From contig CAVOGR010000007.1 of NCBI GenBank assembly GCA_963695555.1, positions 576,001 to 640,000 on the forward strand: a stretch of 64,000 bases of DNA, in the 5' to 3' direction. Each line of letters begins with the position of its first letter. Within the stretch, counting starts at the first letter, position 1. Below the pieces are notes generated by a model, which saw only the letters and a program-made list of their open reading frames with translations, searched no databases and was not told the DNA's origin. Positions 26,701 to 36,217 of this stretch are shown here, piece after piece. The translations under genes and the position numbers were made by a program. Source of the stretch: an uncultured Gemmatimonadales bacterium (GTDB lineage: Bacteria; Gemmatimonadota; Gemmatimonadetes; Gemmatimonadales; GWC2-71-9).

Positions 26701-29093
26701 CACCCCTCGGACACCTCCTCCGGCTCCAGCACCAACATGTCGTGACCGCACTTCATGCAGATGAGCCGATCGCCATGCGTCTTGCTCACCTTCCGTTCCA
26801 TGCCCACCCACTGACATTCGGGGCATTGCTCCGTGGTGGGCCGGTTCCAGGTGGAGAAGTCGCAGTCAGGATACCGCATGCACCCGTAGAACGACCGTCC
26901 TCGTTTGGTGCGCCGCTCCGTGAGATCGCCCTCGAGGCATTTCGGGCACTTGATCCCGAGTGGAATGGACCGGGTGCCTTTGCACTTCGGGTACGTCGTA
27001 CACGCGAGGAATTCTCCGAACCGGCCCGTCTTGATAACCATCGGTGACCCGCACAGATGGCATTTCTCGTCGGTTGGTCGATCGGGCACCTTGTCCTTCT
27101 TGAGGGGCTTGGTGAAGCGACAGTCGTCGGGATACTTGGTGCAGGCAATGAACGGCCCGAATCGCCCAGTCCGGAGCATGAGCGGCGAGCCACACGTGGG
27201 GCATGTCTCTTTGGCCAGGTCGCCCAACCCGTGTGTTTCCATGACCAGCTGGTTGATGTCGACCGCTTCCAGCGCCTTGATGAAGGGGCGATAGAAATTT
27301 TCCAACACCGTATGCCAGTCCAGGTCGCCCTCTTCGACCTTGTCCAGCTCCAATTCCATCTCGCTGGTGAATTCCACGTTGAAGATCGCCGGGAATCGCG
27401 ACACCATCACCTGCTCCACCGTCTCGCCCAGGTCGGTCGGGAAGAAACGCCGCTGCTGGATCTGGACATAATTCCGCGCAGCCAAGGTCGTGATGATGGA
27501 GCTGTAGGTGGAGGGACGGCCGATGCCCAGCCGCTCTAACTCCTTGACCAAACTGGCCTCGGAGAATCTCGGCGGTGGCTGGGTGAAGTGCTGGTTGGGC
27601 GTGAGCTCCTGCACCGCCACCCGATCGCCCTTCTGGATGGTCGGCAGCGGGGGAAGATCGTCCATGGTCTTCCCCTCTTCCGCTTCGCGCCCTTCCATGT
27701 AGACGGCGTGGTATCCGTCGAAATGGAGCACCGAACCGGTCGCGCGGAACAGGTACTTGCCGAGATCGAAGTCCACCACCGTCATGTCGTATTCCGCCGG
27801 CGGCATCTGTGAGGCGACAAACCGCTGCCAGATCAACTGATACAACTTGAACTGATCGGAGCTCAGATAGGCCTTGAGATGATCCGGCCGCCGCCGGACA
27901 TCAGTCGGGCGAATGGCTTCGTGTGCGTCTTGGACTTTGGCGTTCTTCTTGGCCGCGTAGGTGTTGGGTGCATCCGGCAGATACCGCTTGCCATACTGCG
28001 CCGTGATGAGCTCCCGCACCTGTGCTATCGCAACATCGGAAACCCGGGTGGAATCGGTTCGCATATAGGTGATCAGTCCGGTGGCGCCTTCTTCCCCGAT
28101 CTCGATACCCTCGTAGAGGTCCTGTGCGGCTCGCATGGAGCGGCGCGAGGAGAACCCGAGTTTCTTGGCGGCTTCCTGCTGGAGCGTACTGGTGGTGAAT
28201 GGAGCCGCCGGACGCTTGCGGCGCCGCTTCTTCTGCACGTCGGTCACCACGAACGGCAGCGGTCGGACGGCGTCCACCACCGCCGTTGCGTCGGCCTCAC
28301 TGTGCAATTGGGGCTTGTGACCGTCGATCTTGTGGAGCGATGCCTCGAACGTTGCGCCGTCCTTGGCGCAGAGCGCTTCGATAGACCAGTACTCCTGGGG
28401 CTCGAATGCCCGGATGGCGCGCTCGCGCTCGACGATCAGCCGAAGCGCCACCGTCTGCACGCGGCCGGCCGACAACCCGGTCTTGATCGCCTTCCAGAGC
28501 AGCGGGCTGGCCTTGTATCCCACCAAGCGGTCCAAGATGCGCCGAGCCTGCTGGGCATTCACCTTCTTGTCGTCGATGGTGCCGGGCTCTGCCATGGCCT
28601 GATGCACGGCGTCGCGGGTGATCTCGTGAAACAGGACCCGCTGGACCGGCGCCTCCGTGGACAGTTGATCGGCCACGTGCCAGGCGATCGCCTCGCCCTC
28701 ACGATCGGGGTCGGTGGCCAGATAGACGGCGCTCGCCTTCTTGGCCGCGCGCTTGATCTCGTTGAGGGTCTTGGCCTTTCCTTTTATAGTCACGTACTTC
28801 GGCTCGAACCCGGCCTCGACATCCACTCCCAGCTCGCGGGTCGGCAGGTCGCGGACGTGGCCCACCGTGGCCTTGACCGCGTAGCCGGAGCCCAGGTACT
28901 TGCCCACCGTACGGGCCTTGGTCGGTGACTCGACCACCACCAATGCATCACCCCCGCCCTTGGTCCGGGCGGCGGCTTTCCGGGTGGTCCGTTTCCGCTT
29001 GGCCTTGCCGGTTGCCGGCTGCCCGGATTTCGCGGTCGCCTTCCGCCCCCGCGGGCTCTTTCGCTTTCGGCTGGCCTTCTTCGCCTCGGTCAT
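26700..29093 (-). CDS. topA: DNA topoisomerase I with C-terminal zinc ribbons
   Basis: VVVESPTKA, ATDPDREGEAI, SAGRVQ, LITYMRTDS, GIGRPSTY and repeated C4 zinc ribbons. Confidence 0.97.
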   Translation of the reverse strand: MTEAKKASRKRKSPRGRKATAKSGQPATGKAKRKRTTRKAAARTKGGGDALVVVESPTKARTVGKYLGSGYAVKATVGHVRDLPTRELGVDVEAGFEPKYVTIKGKAKTLNEIKRAAKKASAVYLATDPDREGEAIAWHVADQLSTEAPVQRVLFHEITRDAVHQAMAEPGTIDDKKVNAQQARRILDRLVGYKASPLLWKAIKTGLSAGRVQTVALRLIVERERAIRAFEPQEYWSIEALCAKDGATFEASLHKIDGHKPQLHSEADATAVVDAVRPLPFVVTDVQKKRRRKRPAAPFTTSTLQQEAAKKLGFSSRRSMRAAQDLYEGIEIGEEGATGLITYMRTDSTRVSDVAIAQVRELITAQYGKRYLPDAPNTYAAKKNAKVQDAHEAIRPTDVRRRPDHLKAYLSSDQFKLYQLIWQRFVASQMPPAEYDMTVVDFDLGKYLFRATGSVLHFDGYHAVYMEGREAEEGKTMDDLPPLPTIQKGDRVAVQELTPNQHFTQPPPRFSEASLVKELERLGIGRPSTYSSIITTLAARNYVQIQQRRFFPTDLGETVEQVMVSRFPAIFNVEFTSEMELELDKVEEGDLDWHTVLENFYRPFIKALEAVDINQLVMETHGLGDLAKETCPTCGSPLMLRTGRFGPFIACTKYPDDCRFTKPLKKDKVPDRPTDEKCHLCGSPMVIKTGRFGEFLACTTYPKCKGTRSIPLGIKCPKCLEGDLTERRTKRGRSFYGCMRYPDCDFSTWNRPTTEQCPECQWVGMERKVSKTHGDRLICMKCGHDMLVLEPEEVSEG

Positions 29094-29210
29094 TCGCTCA
29101 CTTTCGACGCTGTTTCCGCCCCGGACTTCCGGTCCGCGACCCGCCACAAGAAAGGGGTCGCCGGAGGAAGCCGCAAGGAGGGCTTCGCTAACTATATGAT
29201 AAATAAGGGG

Positions 29211-29729
29211 TTACCAGCCGGCCCTCTGGCGCGCCACCCCCAGGACCTCCGTGACCACGTCCTCGACCGTGGTGCGGTCGGTCGTAATGATATGATCGGC
29301 CTGGGCGTAGAACGGTTCCCGTTGCTCCAAGAGAGATCGCATTCGCTCAACAGGGTCCCGCGCCACCATGAGCGGGCGGGTCTCGATTGCACCGAGGCGG
29401 TTGACCGCCGTGGTCACCATGGATTTGAGGTAGATGATCAAGCTTCGAGCACGCGCTTCCTCGAGCGCACCCGGCTGTGCCGCCCAGCCACCGCCCGGGC
29501 TGATCACGCTCGCCGGTTCGGCCAGCGCCTCATGCATGGCCTGGGCTTCCATTTGCCGGAACCGCGCCTCGCCGAGCTCGTTGATCAGCTTTGCGACCGA
29601 CATGCCGGAACGCCGCTCGATCCTTGCGTCGAGGTCGACGAAATCGGTGCCCAATTCCTCGGCCACCTTTCCTCCGACCGTGGACTTGCCTGCTCCCGGG
29701 AGCCCGACCAGTACGAGATGTCGTTTCAT
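29211..29729 (-). CDS. aroK: Shikimate kinase
   Basis: LVGLPGAGKSTVG, FVDLD, GEARFRQME, PGGG, TRPL. Confidence 0.92.
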   Translation of the reverse strand: MKRHLVLVGLPGAGKSTVGGKVAEELGTDFVDLDARIERRSGMSVAKLINELGEARFRQMEAQAMHEALAEPASVISPGGGWAAQPGALEEARARSLIIYLKSMVTTAVNRLGAIETRPLMVARDPVERMRSLLEQREPFYAQADHIITTDRTTVEDVVTEVLGVARQRAGW

Positions 29730-30955
29730 GTCGTTTCCACTTGCTTGGACGGCGATGGCTCCCACACGGCCTGTCGGGCCCCGAGCTGGGCTAGGTAGCC
29801 ATCCACGTTCCGGCGCATCTCGCCCAGCGAATCGCCGCCAAATTTCTCGCACATGGCGTCTCCGAGAACGAGTGCCACGAGAGCCTCGGCAATGACTCCC
29901 ATTGCCGGGACCGCGGTGACGTCCGAGCGCTCGACCTGGGCCTCGGCGGTGGCGCCGGTCTCGAGATCGACCGTCGGCAGGGCGCTCGTAAGGGTGGAGA
30001 TCGGCTTCATCGCAACCCTCACCACGAGCGGCTCACCGGTCGTCATGCCGCCTTCCAAACCTCCGGCGTGATTACCCTCCCGCCGAAGGTGTCCGGGCCC
30101 GCCTTCGCCGGGCCCTGTCGCACGGCGGACGATGGGATCGTGGACCTCGGAACCCGGCCGGAGTGCGGCCTCGAAACCTAGCCCGATCGCGACCCCCTTG
30201 ACCGCCGGGATCGACATGAGCGCCCCGGCGAGGCGGCCGTCTAGCTTCCGGTCCCAACTCACGTGGCTGCCCAGACCGACCGGCATTCCTCGAGCGACGA
30301 CTTCGACTTCCCCGCCCAAGGTGTCGCCCTGGGCCTTGGCTTGGTCGATCCGTTCGATCATGGCCGCCTCGGCGGCCGGATCGAGGGTGCGGACCGGGGA
30401 GCGATCAGCAGCCTCTCCGAGGGGCCGCGGCAGCGCCGCGGGCGGAGTGGCCTTGACCCCCCCGAGCGACACGACGTGGCTGCCGATGTCGATGCCGAAT
30501 TCGTCGAGCAGGCGGCGGGCGAGGGCACCGGCCGCGACCCGGGCGGCGGTCTCCCGAGCGCTGGCCCGCTCGAGGATGTCCCGAGCGTCGGGCCGGTCGT
30601 ACTTGAGCGCGCCCACCAAATCGGCGTGACCGGGCCGGGGCCGGCGGACGGCACGAGCCCGCGTTCCGGGAGTCGCCTCGGGCTCCATCACATCCTTCCA
30701 GTTGGCCCAATCCCTGTTGGCGATCAGCATTGCGACAGGGGAGCCCAGGGTCTCGCCTCCTCGGACACCGGCGAGCCACTCCACGGCATCCTGCTCGATC
30801 TTCATCCGCCCCCCCCGTCCGTAGCCTTGCATCCGCCGGGCCAAGTCGCGATTGACCCAGGAGGCAGATATGGGCAGCCCGGCAGGCAGGCCGTCGACAA
30901 TGGCGACAAGTCCTTTGCCATGGGATTCACCGGCGGTGCGGAACGTGAGCGTCAC
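29726..30955 (-). CDS. aroC: Chorismate synthase
   Basis: TAGESHG, RPRPGHADL, ERASARETAARVAAG, NHAGGLEGG, MKPISTL, ERSDV. Confidence 0.96.
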   Translation of the reverse strand: MTLTFRTAGESHGKGLVAIVDGLPAGLPISASWVNRDLARRMQGYGRGGRMKIEQDAVEWLAGVRGGETLGSPVAMLIANRDWANWKDVMEPEATPGTRARAVRRPRPGHADLVGALKYDRPDARDILERASARETAARVAAGALARRLLDEFGIDIGSHVVSLGGVKATPPAALPRPLGEAADRSPVRTLDPAAEAAMIERIDQAKAQGDTLGGEVEVVARGMPVGLGSHVSWDRKLDGRLAGALMSIPAVKGVAIGLGFEAALRPGSEVHDPIVRRATGPGEGGPGHLRREGNHAGGLEGGMTTGEPLVVRVAMKPISTLTSALPTVDLETGATAEAQVERSDVTAVPAMGVIAEALVALVLGDAMCEKFGGDSLGEMRRNVDGYLAQLGARQAVWEPSPSKQVETT

Positions 30956-31001
30956 GATGTTGGGCTCCTGGCCTGCGTCCTGTCGAGGTACGGTCCCAGG
31001 A

Positions 31002-31038
31002 AAGATAAGAGCCCGACGGGCGGCCGGGCTCTTATCTT
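31002..31038. terminator. 14-bp-stem hairpin between pilQ and aroC
   Basis: AAGATAAGAGCCCG-N9-CGGGCTCTTATCTT; U-rich tail on both strands. Confidence 0.6.
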
Positions 31039-31065
31039 CGGGCTTGGCTACTGCAAATCCGTTAC

Positions 31066-32850
31066 TCAAGGCGCCGGTCGGAGGCCGCCTTCATCGATGA
31101 TCCGGGGGGTCACCAGGATGATCAGATCCCGGCGGCGCTCCTGATCGGATGAGAAGGAGAACAGGTTCCCCACCAGCGGCAAGCCCGAAAGCAACGGGAT
31201 GCCCGACCGGGTTCGCGTGATCTCAGTAATGGTCAGTCCACCGATCACCGCCGTTTCGCCGTCATTCACCAGCAACTGACTCCGGGCGGACTGCTTCGGG
31301 AAGTTGAAGCCGAGGTCGGCGGCGGCCAAGGCCTGCACGGCCGAGCGCTCGGTCAGGAGTTCCATCAAGATCTGCCGGTTGTTGGTAACGTGCGGCGTCA
31401 CCGTCAGCCGAATACCGGTTTCCTTGAGCTGGACGCTGGCGCGCGGCGGGACGCCGGCGCCGGTGGCCGAGCTCACGTCGATGACGCGGATCGGGGTTTC
31501 CTCACCGACCAGGATGTCGGCTTCGCGGTTATCGAGCGTGCTGATGACCGGCTCGGCCTGGACGTCGGCCAGCTCGATCCGCTCGAGCGCGCTGAGGAAG
31601 GTGGTCAGGCTGAAGCCACCCACCGTCGTGCGCCACACCAGGTCGAGGGCCGAGCTGGGGATGGTGGCATCGGCATTGGAAATCGCCGCGACCGACGACC
31701 CGCCGATCACCACGGTATTCACATCGAACGGCTCACCCGTGGACGGATCGATCCGCTGCACCAGCTTGTTGAAGAAGACATCATTGTCGCCCAGGTCGTA
31801 CTGCACGCCGAGCTGCTGGAGATCGCTGCGATCGACGAAGATGATCTTCGCTTGAATGGCGATCTGTGGCGTGCGAATGTCGAGCTGACTGACGAAGTCG
31901 GCGATCCCGCCGAGCCGGCTTCGGGTGTCGGTAATGATCAGGGTATTGGAGCCCGTGTCGGGCACCACGCTGCCGCGGTCCTTGGTCAGGATGCCCTCGA
32001 TGCTCTTGGCTATCGAGGCCGCCTTGGCATAGTTCACCCGGACGAGCTGCGTCTGGAGCGGCTCGAGAGAGTCGAGCGCGGCGAGCGCCGCGGGCGAATC
32101 CACTCGAATGATGCCGCCTGGCATTTCTTGAGCGGAGAGACCCTGGGTCGCGAGGATCGCCTCGAACGCCTGGTCCCACGGTTGGTTCTTGATTTCCGCG
32201 GTGACTTCGCCATCGACGTCCTTGCCCATGATGATGGTGCGTCCGCTGAACGCCGCGAACCCGGCCACCACGTCACCGATCGAAGCCTTGAACCAGGTCA
32301 CGGTGATGCGCGGTTGCTGGGACTGCACGGGGGCGGCGGCCAGGGTCCGCTCCTCGGGCAGCTCCACCGACGGGCGGCGTGAGGCCGGCGTGGTGGCGCG
32401 AGGCGGTACCAGCTCCGCGGGGGCGGTCGCGGACCAGGCCAGGAAGGCCCGTTCCGATCCGAACGACACCCGGATTTCGTCCTTGACGCGCGCGATCTCG
32501 TAGTCCTTCAGCTGATCGAACTCGAGAACGATGCGGACCACGTCGGGGCGGAACTGATTGTACCGGATGTTCCGGACGCCGCCGCGATTGACCCCGTCGT
32601 AGAGCGTCTGGACACCGGAGCGCAGCACTGCGCCCTGGACGTCCAACACGAGACGCTCGGGGGAATGGAGGACGAAATCGTTGATCTCGACCTCGCCACG
32701 GATCGTCACGACGACTTCGGCGCGCCCCGGCGAGGAAATGAGGCTTACACCCGTCACCTCGCCGTCTGGTTCATCGGCGGCGGCAAGCGCCGGAGAGACC
32801 GCGCCCGCGAGGGCGGCGACAGCAAGGACGTACCTGAGGAATCGGGTCAT
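31066..32850 (-). CDS. pilQ: Type IV pilus secretin with AMIN domain
   Basis: Signal peptide; AMIN-like PERLVLDV; secretin VNDGETAVIGGL...GIPLLSGLPLVGNLF...LIILVTPRI. Confidence 0.92.
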   Translation of the reverse strand: MTRFLRYVLAVAALAGAVSPALAAADEPDGEVTGVSLISSPGRAEVVVTIRGEVEINDFVLHSPERLVLDVQGAVLRSGVQTLYDGVNRGGVRNIRYNQFRPDVVRIVLEFDQLKDYEIARVKDEIRVSFGSERAFLAWSATAPAELVPPRATTPASRRPSVELPEERTLAAAPVQSQQPRITVTWFKASIGDVVAGFAAFSGRTIIMGKDVDGEVTAEIKNQPWDQAFEAILATQGLSAQEMPGGIIRVDSPAALAALDSLEPLQTQLVRVNYAKAASIAKSIEGILTKDRGSVVPDTGSNTLIITDTRSRLGGIADFVSQLDIRTPQIAIQAKIIFVDRSDLQQLGVQYDLGDNDVFFNKLVQRIDPSTGEPFDVNTVVIGGSSVAAISNADATIPSSALDLVWRTTVGGFSLTTFLSALERIELADVQAEPVISTLDNREADILVGEETPIRVIDVSSATGAGVPPRASVQLKETGIRLTVTPHVTNNRQILMELLTERSAVQALAAADLGFNFPKQSARSQLLVNDGETAVIGGLTITEITRTRSGIPLLSGLPLVGNLFSFSSDQERRRDLIILVTPRIIDEGGLRPAP

Positions 32851-33356
32851 GGTGAAGCTTCCTCCCGCGTGGGCAAGGATAGAGTTTCCTGTCGCTCGAA
32901 GCCGAAGTCTTCGATAGTGAACGTGACGTCGCGCTGTCTGATCTGCCGGACGCGTGCCCGGCCGATCTCTTCCCCGCGACGGACCTTGTAGGGCCGGCCC
33001 GTTGTCTTGTCTCGCAGCACGGCGACGCTATTGCTGGGCCGCTCGGCGTCGAGGTAGACACCGACGAGCTCGAGATCCGACAGCTCGGGGCCGAGGCGCT
33101 CCATGTTGAGTAGCGATTCGAACGGATCGCGACTCCCGCCGCCGTAGCTGAAGGTTTCCCGAGACAGGCTCGTTTCATCCAGCACGGGCTCGGTGTCCGC
33201 AACGGCTGCCTGGGCCGCTTGCGGCGTCGCCGCCTGAACGACGGTGGTCGTCGCGGGGGCATTTGCCCCGGCCGTGCTTGCGGCATCGCCCTGGCCGCAG
33301 GCCAGGAGCAATCCGGACAGCAGGCCGAGGCCTAGGCTGACGCTCTTAGGTCCCAC
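32847..33356 (-). CDS. pilP: Type IV pilus lipoprotein, PilP-like
   Basis: Lipobox LLLAC; RDPFESLL motif; position between pilO and pilQ. Confidence 0.7.
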   Translation of the reverse strand: MGPKSVSLGLGLLSGLLLACGQGDAASTAGANAPATTTVVQAATPQAAQAAVADTEPVLDETSLSRETFSYGGGSRDPFESLLNMERLGPELSDLELVGVYLDAERPSNSVAVLRDKTTGRPYKVRRGEEIGRARVRQIRQRDVTFTIEDFGFERQETLSLPTREEASP

Positions 33357-33978
33357 TGGCCACTCCTTCCGCTTCTGGCGGCTTGACGAACGTACGGATC
33401 TGGAACCGAGCCTGGAGGAGGGCGCCCGAGGTATCGCTGAGGGCCCGCGCGGCCTGCTGGTTCGCGGGTGCCAAGCTCACGTCGATCGGTACGATGATGC
33501 GCTGCAGTGACGCGACATCGGAAAGGAATTCGCCGATCTCGTCGTATCGGCCAATGACGGCAATGTTGTACTTGTGCGTATCGAAGGGCGTCGGCCCTGC
33601 CTCGACCGGCAACGGCACGACCTCGGAGAGATTCACCCCGCGGATCTTGGCCCGGGTCGACATGTCGTCGAGCAGGTTGGGTACTTCGTTGCTCTCCGGC
33701 ACCAGCCGCCGCAGCAGCACGAGGCTCGCGCGGTGCCGCTCGATTCTCCGTCTCAGGTCTTCCACCGTGCCCTTCGCCAGCTCGCGCTTGGCGCTATCGG
33801 TCTGCGCCTCGAGCTGGGCGATCGTGTCTTCGATGGCGGCGATCCGGACCTTGCGTTCCTTCATGCCGTTGACTCCCAGCGTGCTCAGCCCGGTCCCACT
33901 GTAGGCGATGTAGCCCACGATCACCGCCAACAGCATAATGAGAATTGGTGCGCTCTGCCGATTGCTCCCGAGTGCCAT
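33346..33978 (-). CDS. pilO: Type IV pilus assembly protein PilO
   Basis: TM + coiled coil; LVPESNEVPNLLDDM; GRYDEIGEFLSDVASLQRII. Confidence 0.85.
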   Translation of the reverse strand: MALGSNRQSAPILIMLLAVIVGYIAYSGTGLSTLGVNGMKERKVRIAAIEDTIAQLEAQTDSAKRELAKGTVEDLRRRIERHRASLVLLRRLVPESNEVPNLLDDMSTRAKIRGVNLSEVVPLPVEAGPTPFDTHKYNIAVIGRYDEIGEFLSDVASLQRIIVPIDVSLAPANQQAARALSDTSGALLQARFQIRTFVKPPEAEGVASGT

Positions 33979-33982
33979 GGGA

Positions 33983-34669
33983 TCACCTCACCGACTGACT
34001 GAGAGGAACGGTCTGGATGTAGGCCGAGTCGGCCCGGCTAAACGCCGCGCGAATCGCAAACGCGGTCACGGGGCGGTCCTTGTCCACCACGGTCTGGGCC
34101 GAGACCGGCGCAACCCGATGGATCCAAGGCGAGGCCTCGAGCTGACGGAGGAACCGGGTATAGGCCTGGATATCGACGGTCCTCCCGTTGATCTGGAACT
34201 GCACCTGACGCGGCGTGATGCCGTCGTCGAGGGAGTCCGCCGCGGCGCCGGTGGTGGCGAGGGGCGACACATCGACCAGCCACGTATAGGGCGGCAGGGC
34301 CTTGGTCACCTCGTCCAATAAATGCGGCCAGACGTAGCGGTCGCCGTCGACTTGGCGGATCACCCGGATCTGCGAGACCAGTGAGTCCCGAATCAGTTCC
34401 TCGCGCCGCTTCTGGGCGATGATGTTCTGGAAGCGTCGGTTCTCCTCGCGCACCGACTCGAGGCGCGGCTCCAAGGTACGGATGGTGGCCGCCGTGCTTA
34501 CATAGGTCCAGCCCAGCCATCCGAGCACACCGATGATTACGGCTGCCGCGGCCAAGAGGAGCGGGTCTTTCACACCGCTCGTCAGCCCGCGCAGCCCGGC
34601 GAATGCACCGCCGAGTTTGATGCCGGCTCGTTTGCGCTTCTGGCCCGGACGAAGATTGATTTCAATCAT
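33983..34669 (-). CDS. pilN: Type IV pilus assembly protein PilN
   Basis: MIEINLRP N-terminal motif; TM; WPHLLDEVTKALPPYTWL. Confidence 0.88.
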   Translation of the reverse strand: MIEINLRPGQKRKRAGIKLGGAFAGLRGLTSGVKDPLLLAAAAVIIGVLGWLGWTYVSTAATIRTLEPRLESVREENRRFQNIIAQKRREELIRDSLVSQIRVIRQVDGDRYVWPHLLDEVTKALPPYTWLVDVSPLATTGAAADSLDDGITPRQVQFQINGRTVDIQAYTRFLRQLEASPWIHRVAPVSAQTVVDKDRPVTAFAIRAAFSRADSAYIQTVPLSQSVR

Positions 34670-34694
34670 AGCGAGTCAACTCGGGGTTCGAGGC

Positions 34695-35735
34695 TTACGC
34701 CGCTTTGCGGAGCGCGAGTCCAACCGGAAGCATCAGGAGCGGCGCGACCTCGTCGACGTTCATGGTGTCGAAGACGCCTTCCGCGACCCGCAGCCGTTCC
34801 AGCGGGTTGGCAAGCTGCACCGGCAACCGCAGTCGGTCAGCCAACACGCGGTTCAGGCCGGGGATACGGGCGCCGCCACCGGTGGTGTACAGCTGGCTGA
34901 GCCCGCCGGCCGAGCGGCTCGAGGATTGGAGAAAGGCCGCCGCCCGCTCGATCCCGACCGCCAACTCCTCGCCGCGGCTTTCCAGAAACGGATCCAGCAT
35001 CTCGTTCCGATCGAAGCCCTGCAACACTCGGTCGGCCTCCTCGGCCGTGATGCCGCGCTCCCGCTGCATGTCTTCGCGGAAGCGGCGGGTTCCGACGGGG
35101 ATGTCCCGCGTGAGCACCGGCACGCCCGAGTCGAGAATGTTCACGTTGGTCGTTTCGTGGCCGATGTTGACCAGCCCGACGACCCCGGACATCGCGTCGG
35201 GGTAGTTGAGTTCGAACGCGTTGTGGAGGGCAAAGGCATCGACGTCGATGATGGTCGGGGTCAACCCCACGTCGCCGAGGAGCGCCACCTTCGACTCCAC
35301 CAGCTCGCGCTTGGCCGCCACCAACAGCACCGTCATCTGCAAGCCTTCGCCGTCGGGATCGAGGATTTGGAAGTCGAGTTCGACATTGTCGATGTCGAAC
35401 GGGACGTGTTGCTCCGCCTCCCAGCGGATCATGTCCCGGGCCTCGGATTCCTTCATCCGATCCATGGTGATCTTCTTGATGATCACGTCGCGGCCGCCCA
35501 CCGCGGTCACCACCGTCTTGGTCTTGATCCCGGCCGCCGCAAGCAGACCCTTGATGGCATCCGTCACGATACCGGTATCGACCACTTCTCCCTCAACGAT
35601 CGCGTCATCGACCACGGATGTGAACGCCACCTTGGTCAGCTCCGGCTCGCCGGAGCGGTGACTGATGGTGACCATCTTGATCAACCCGCTGCCGACATCG
35701 AGACCGACGGTTTGCTTCCGACCGAAGAGCGCCAT
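34695..35735 (-). CDS. pilM: Type IV pilus assembly protein PilM
   Basis: VGLDVGSGLIK, EAEQHVPF, VLLVAAK, IDVDAFAL, TGGGARIPGL, VGLALR. Confidence 0.93.
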   Translation of the reverse strand: MALFGRKQTVGLDVGSGLIKMVTISHRSGEPELTKVAFTSVVDDAIVEGEVVDTGIVTDAIKGLLAAAGIKTKTVVTAVGGRDVIIKKITMDRMKESEARDMIRWEAEQHVPFDIDNVELDFQILDPDGEGLQMTVLLVAAKRELVESKVALLGDVGLTPTIIDVDAFALHNAFELNYPDAMSGVVGLVNIGHETTNVNILDSGVPVLTRDIPVGTRRFREDMQRERGITAEEADRVLQGFDRNEMLDPFLESRGEELAVGIERAAAFLQSSSRSAGGLSQLYTTGGGARIPGLNRVLADRLRLPVQLANPLERLRVAEGVFDTMNVDEVAPLLMLPVGLALRKAA

Positions 35736-36002
35736 AATCGCCTACAGAGGTGAAGGAGAGGACAGACAGGCAACCCTCGCTGCCAATCAGCCCCGGATCT
35801 GTCAAGCGATAACTCGCTTGAGGTGACCTACCGCAGTCCAGTGTGGCACATCATGTGACGCCTGCACTGCGGGAATCGGCGACCGCACCGGGGAGCCCGA
35901 TCGAAGCGAAACCCCGTGATATCGTCGGCCGGCTCGGTCCACGATCCCGGCATCCCGGCCGGAAAAGGGCCGCAAGTTCGGCCGCAGCAATGAGTAGCGT
36001 TC

Positions 36003-36018
36003 AGCAACCCATGTGCCA
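36003..36018 (-). promoter_or_regulatory. Sigma-54 (-24/-12) promoter upstream of pilMNOPQ
   Basis: Minus strand TGGCACATGGGTTGCT matches TGGCAC-N5-TTGC; IHF-like ATACAACATATTA about 30-45 bp upstream. Confidence 0.8.
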
Positions 36019-36217
36019 GGGGTTGCATGGAGAACCCAACCCGTTTGGATACAACATATTAGGTTCTTTGGCCGATGCCAGGGCCGACTTCCCCCCAACC
36101 GGACTCTAGGCAGGTTTCGCAAGCACTCTCTCGGGATGCAGCAGCGGCCCGGGAGCCGCCGAATCCCTTGATTTGTCGAGAGATCCGCCCTCGAGCGGGG
36201 AATAGCCGGGGCGAGGG

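Noticed and set aside
35740..36000. c-di-GMP riboswitch in the long pilM leader
   Set aside because: I could not recognise the GEMM-I (GCAAA...GACGCAAAGC) or class II consensus by eye; an Rfam scan would be decisive.
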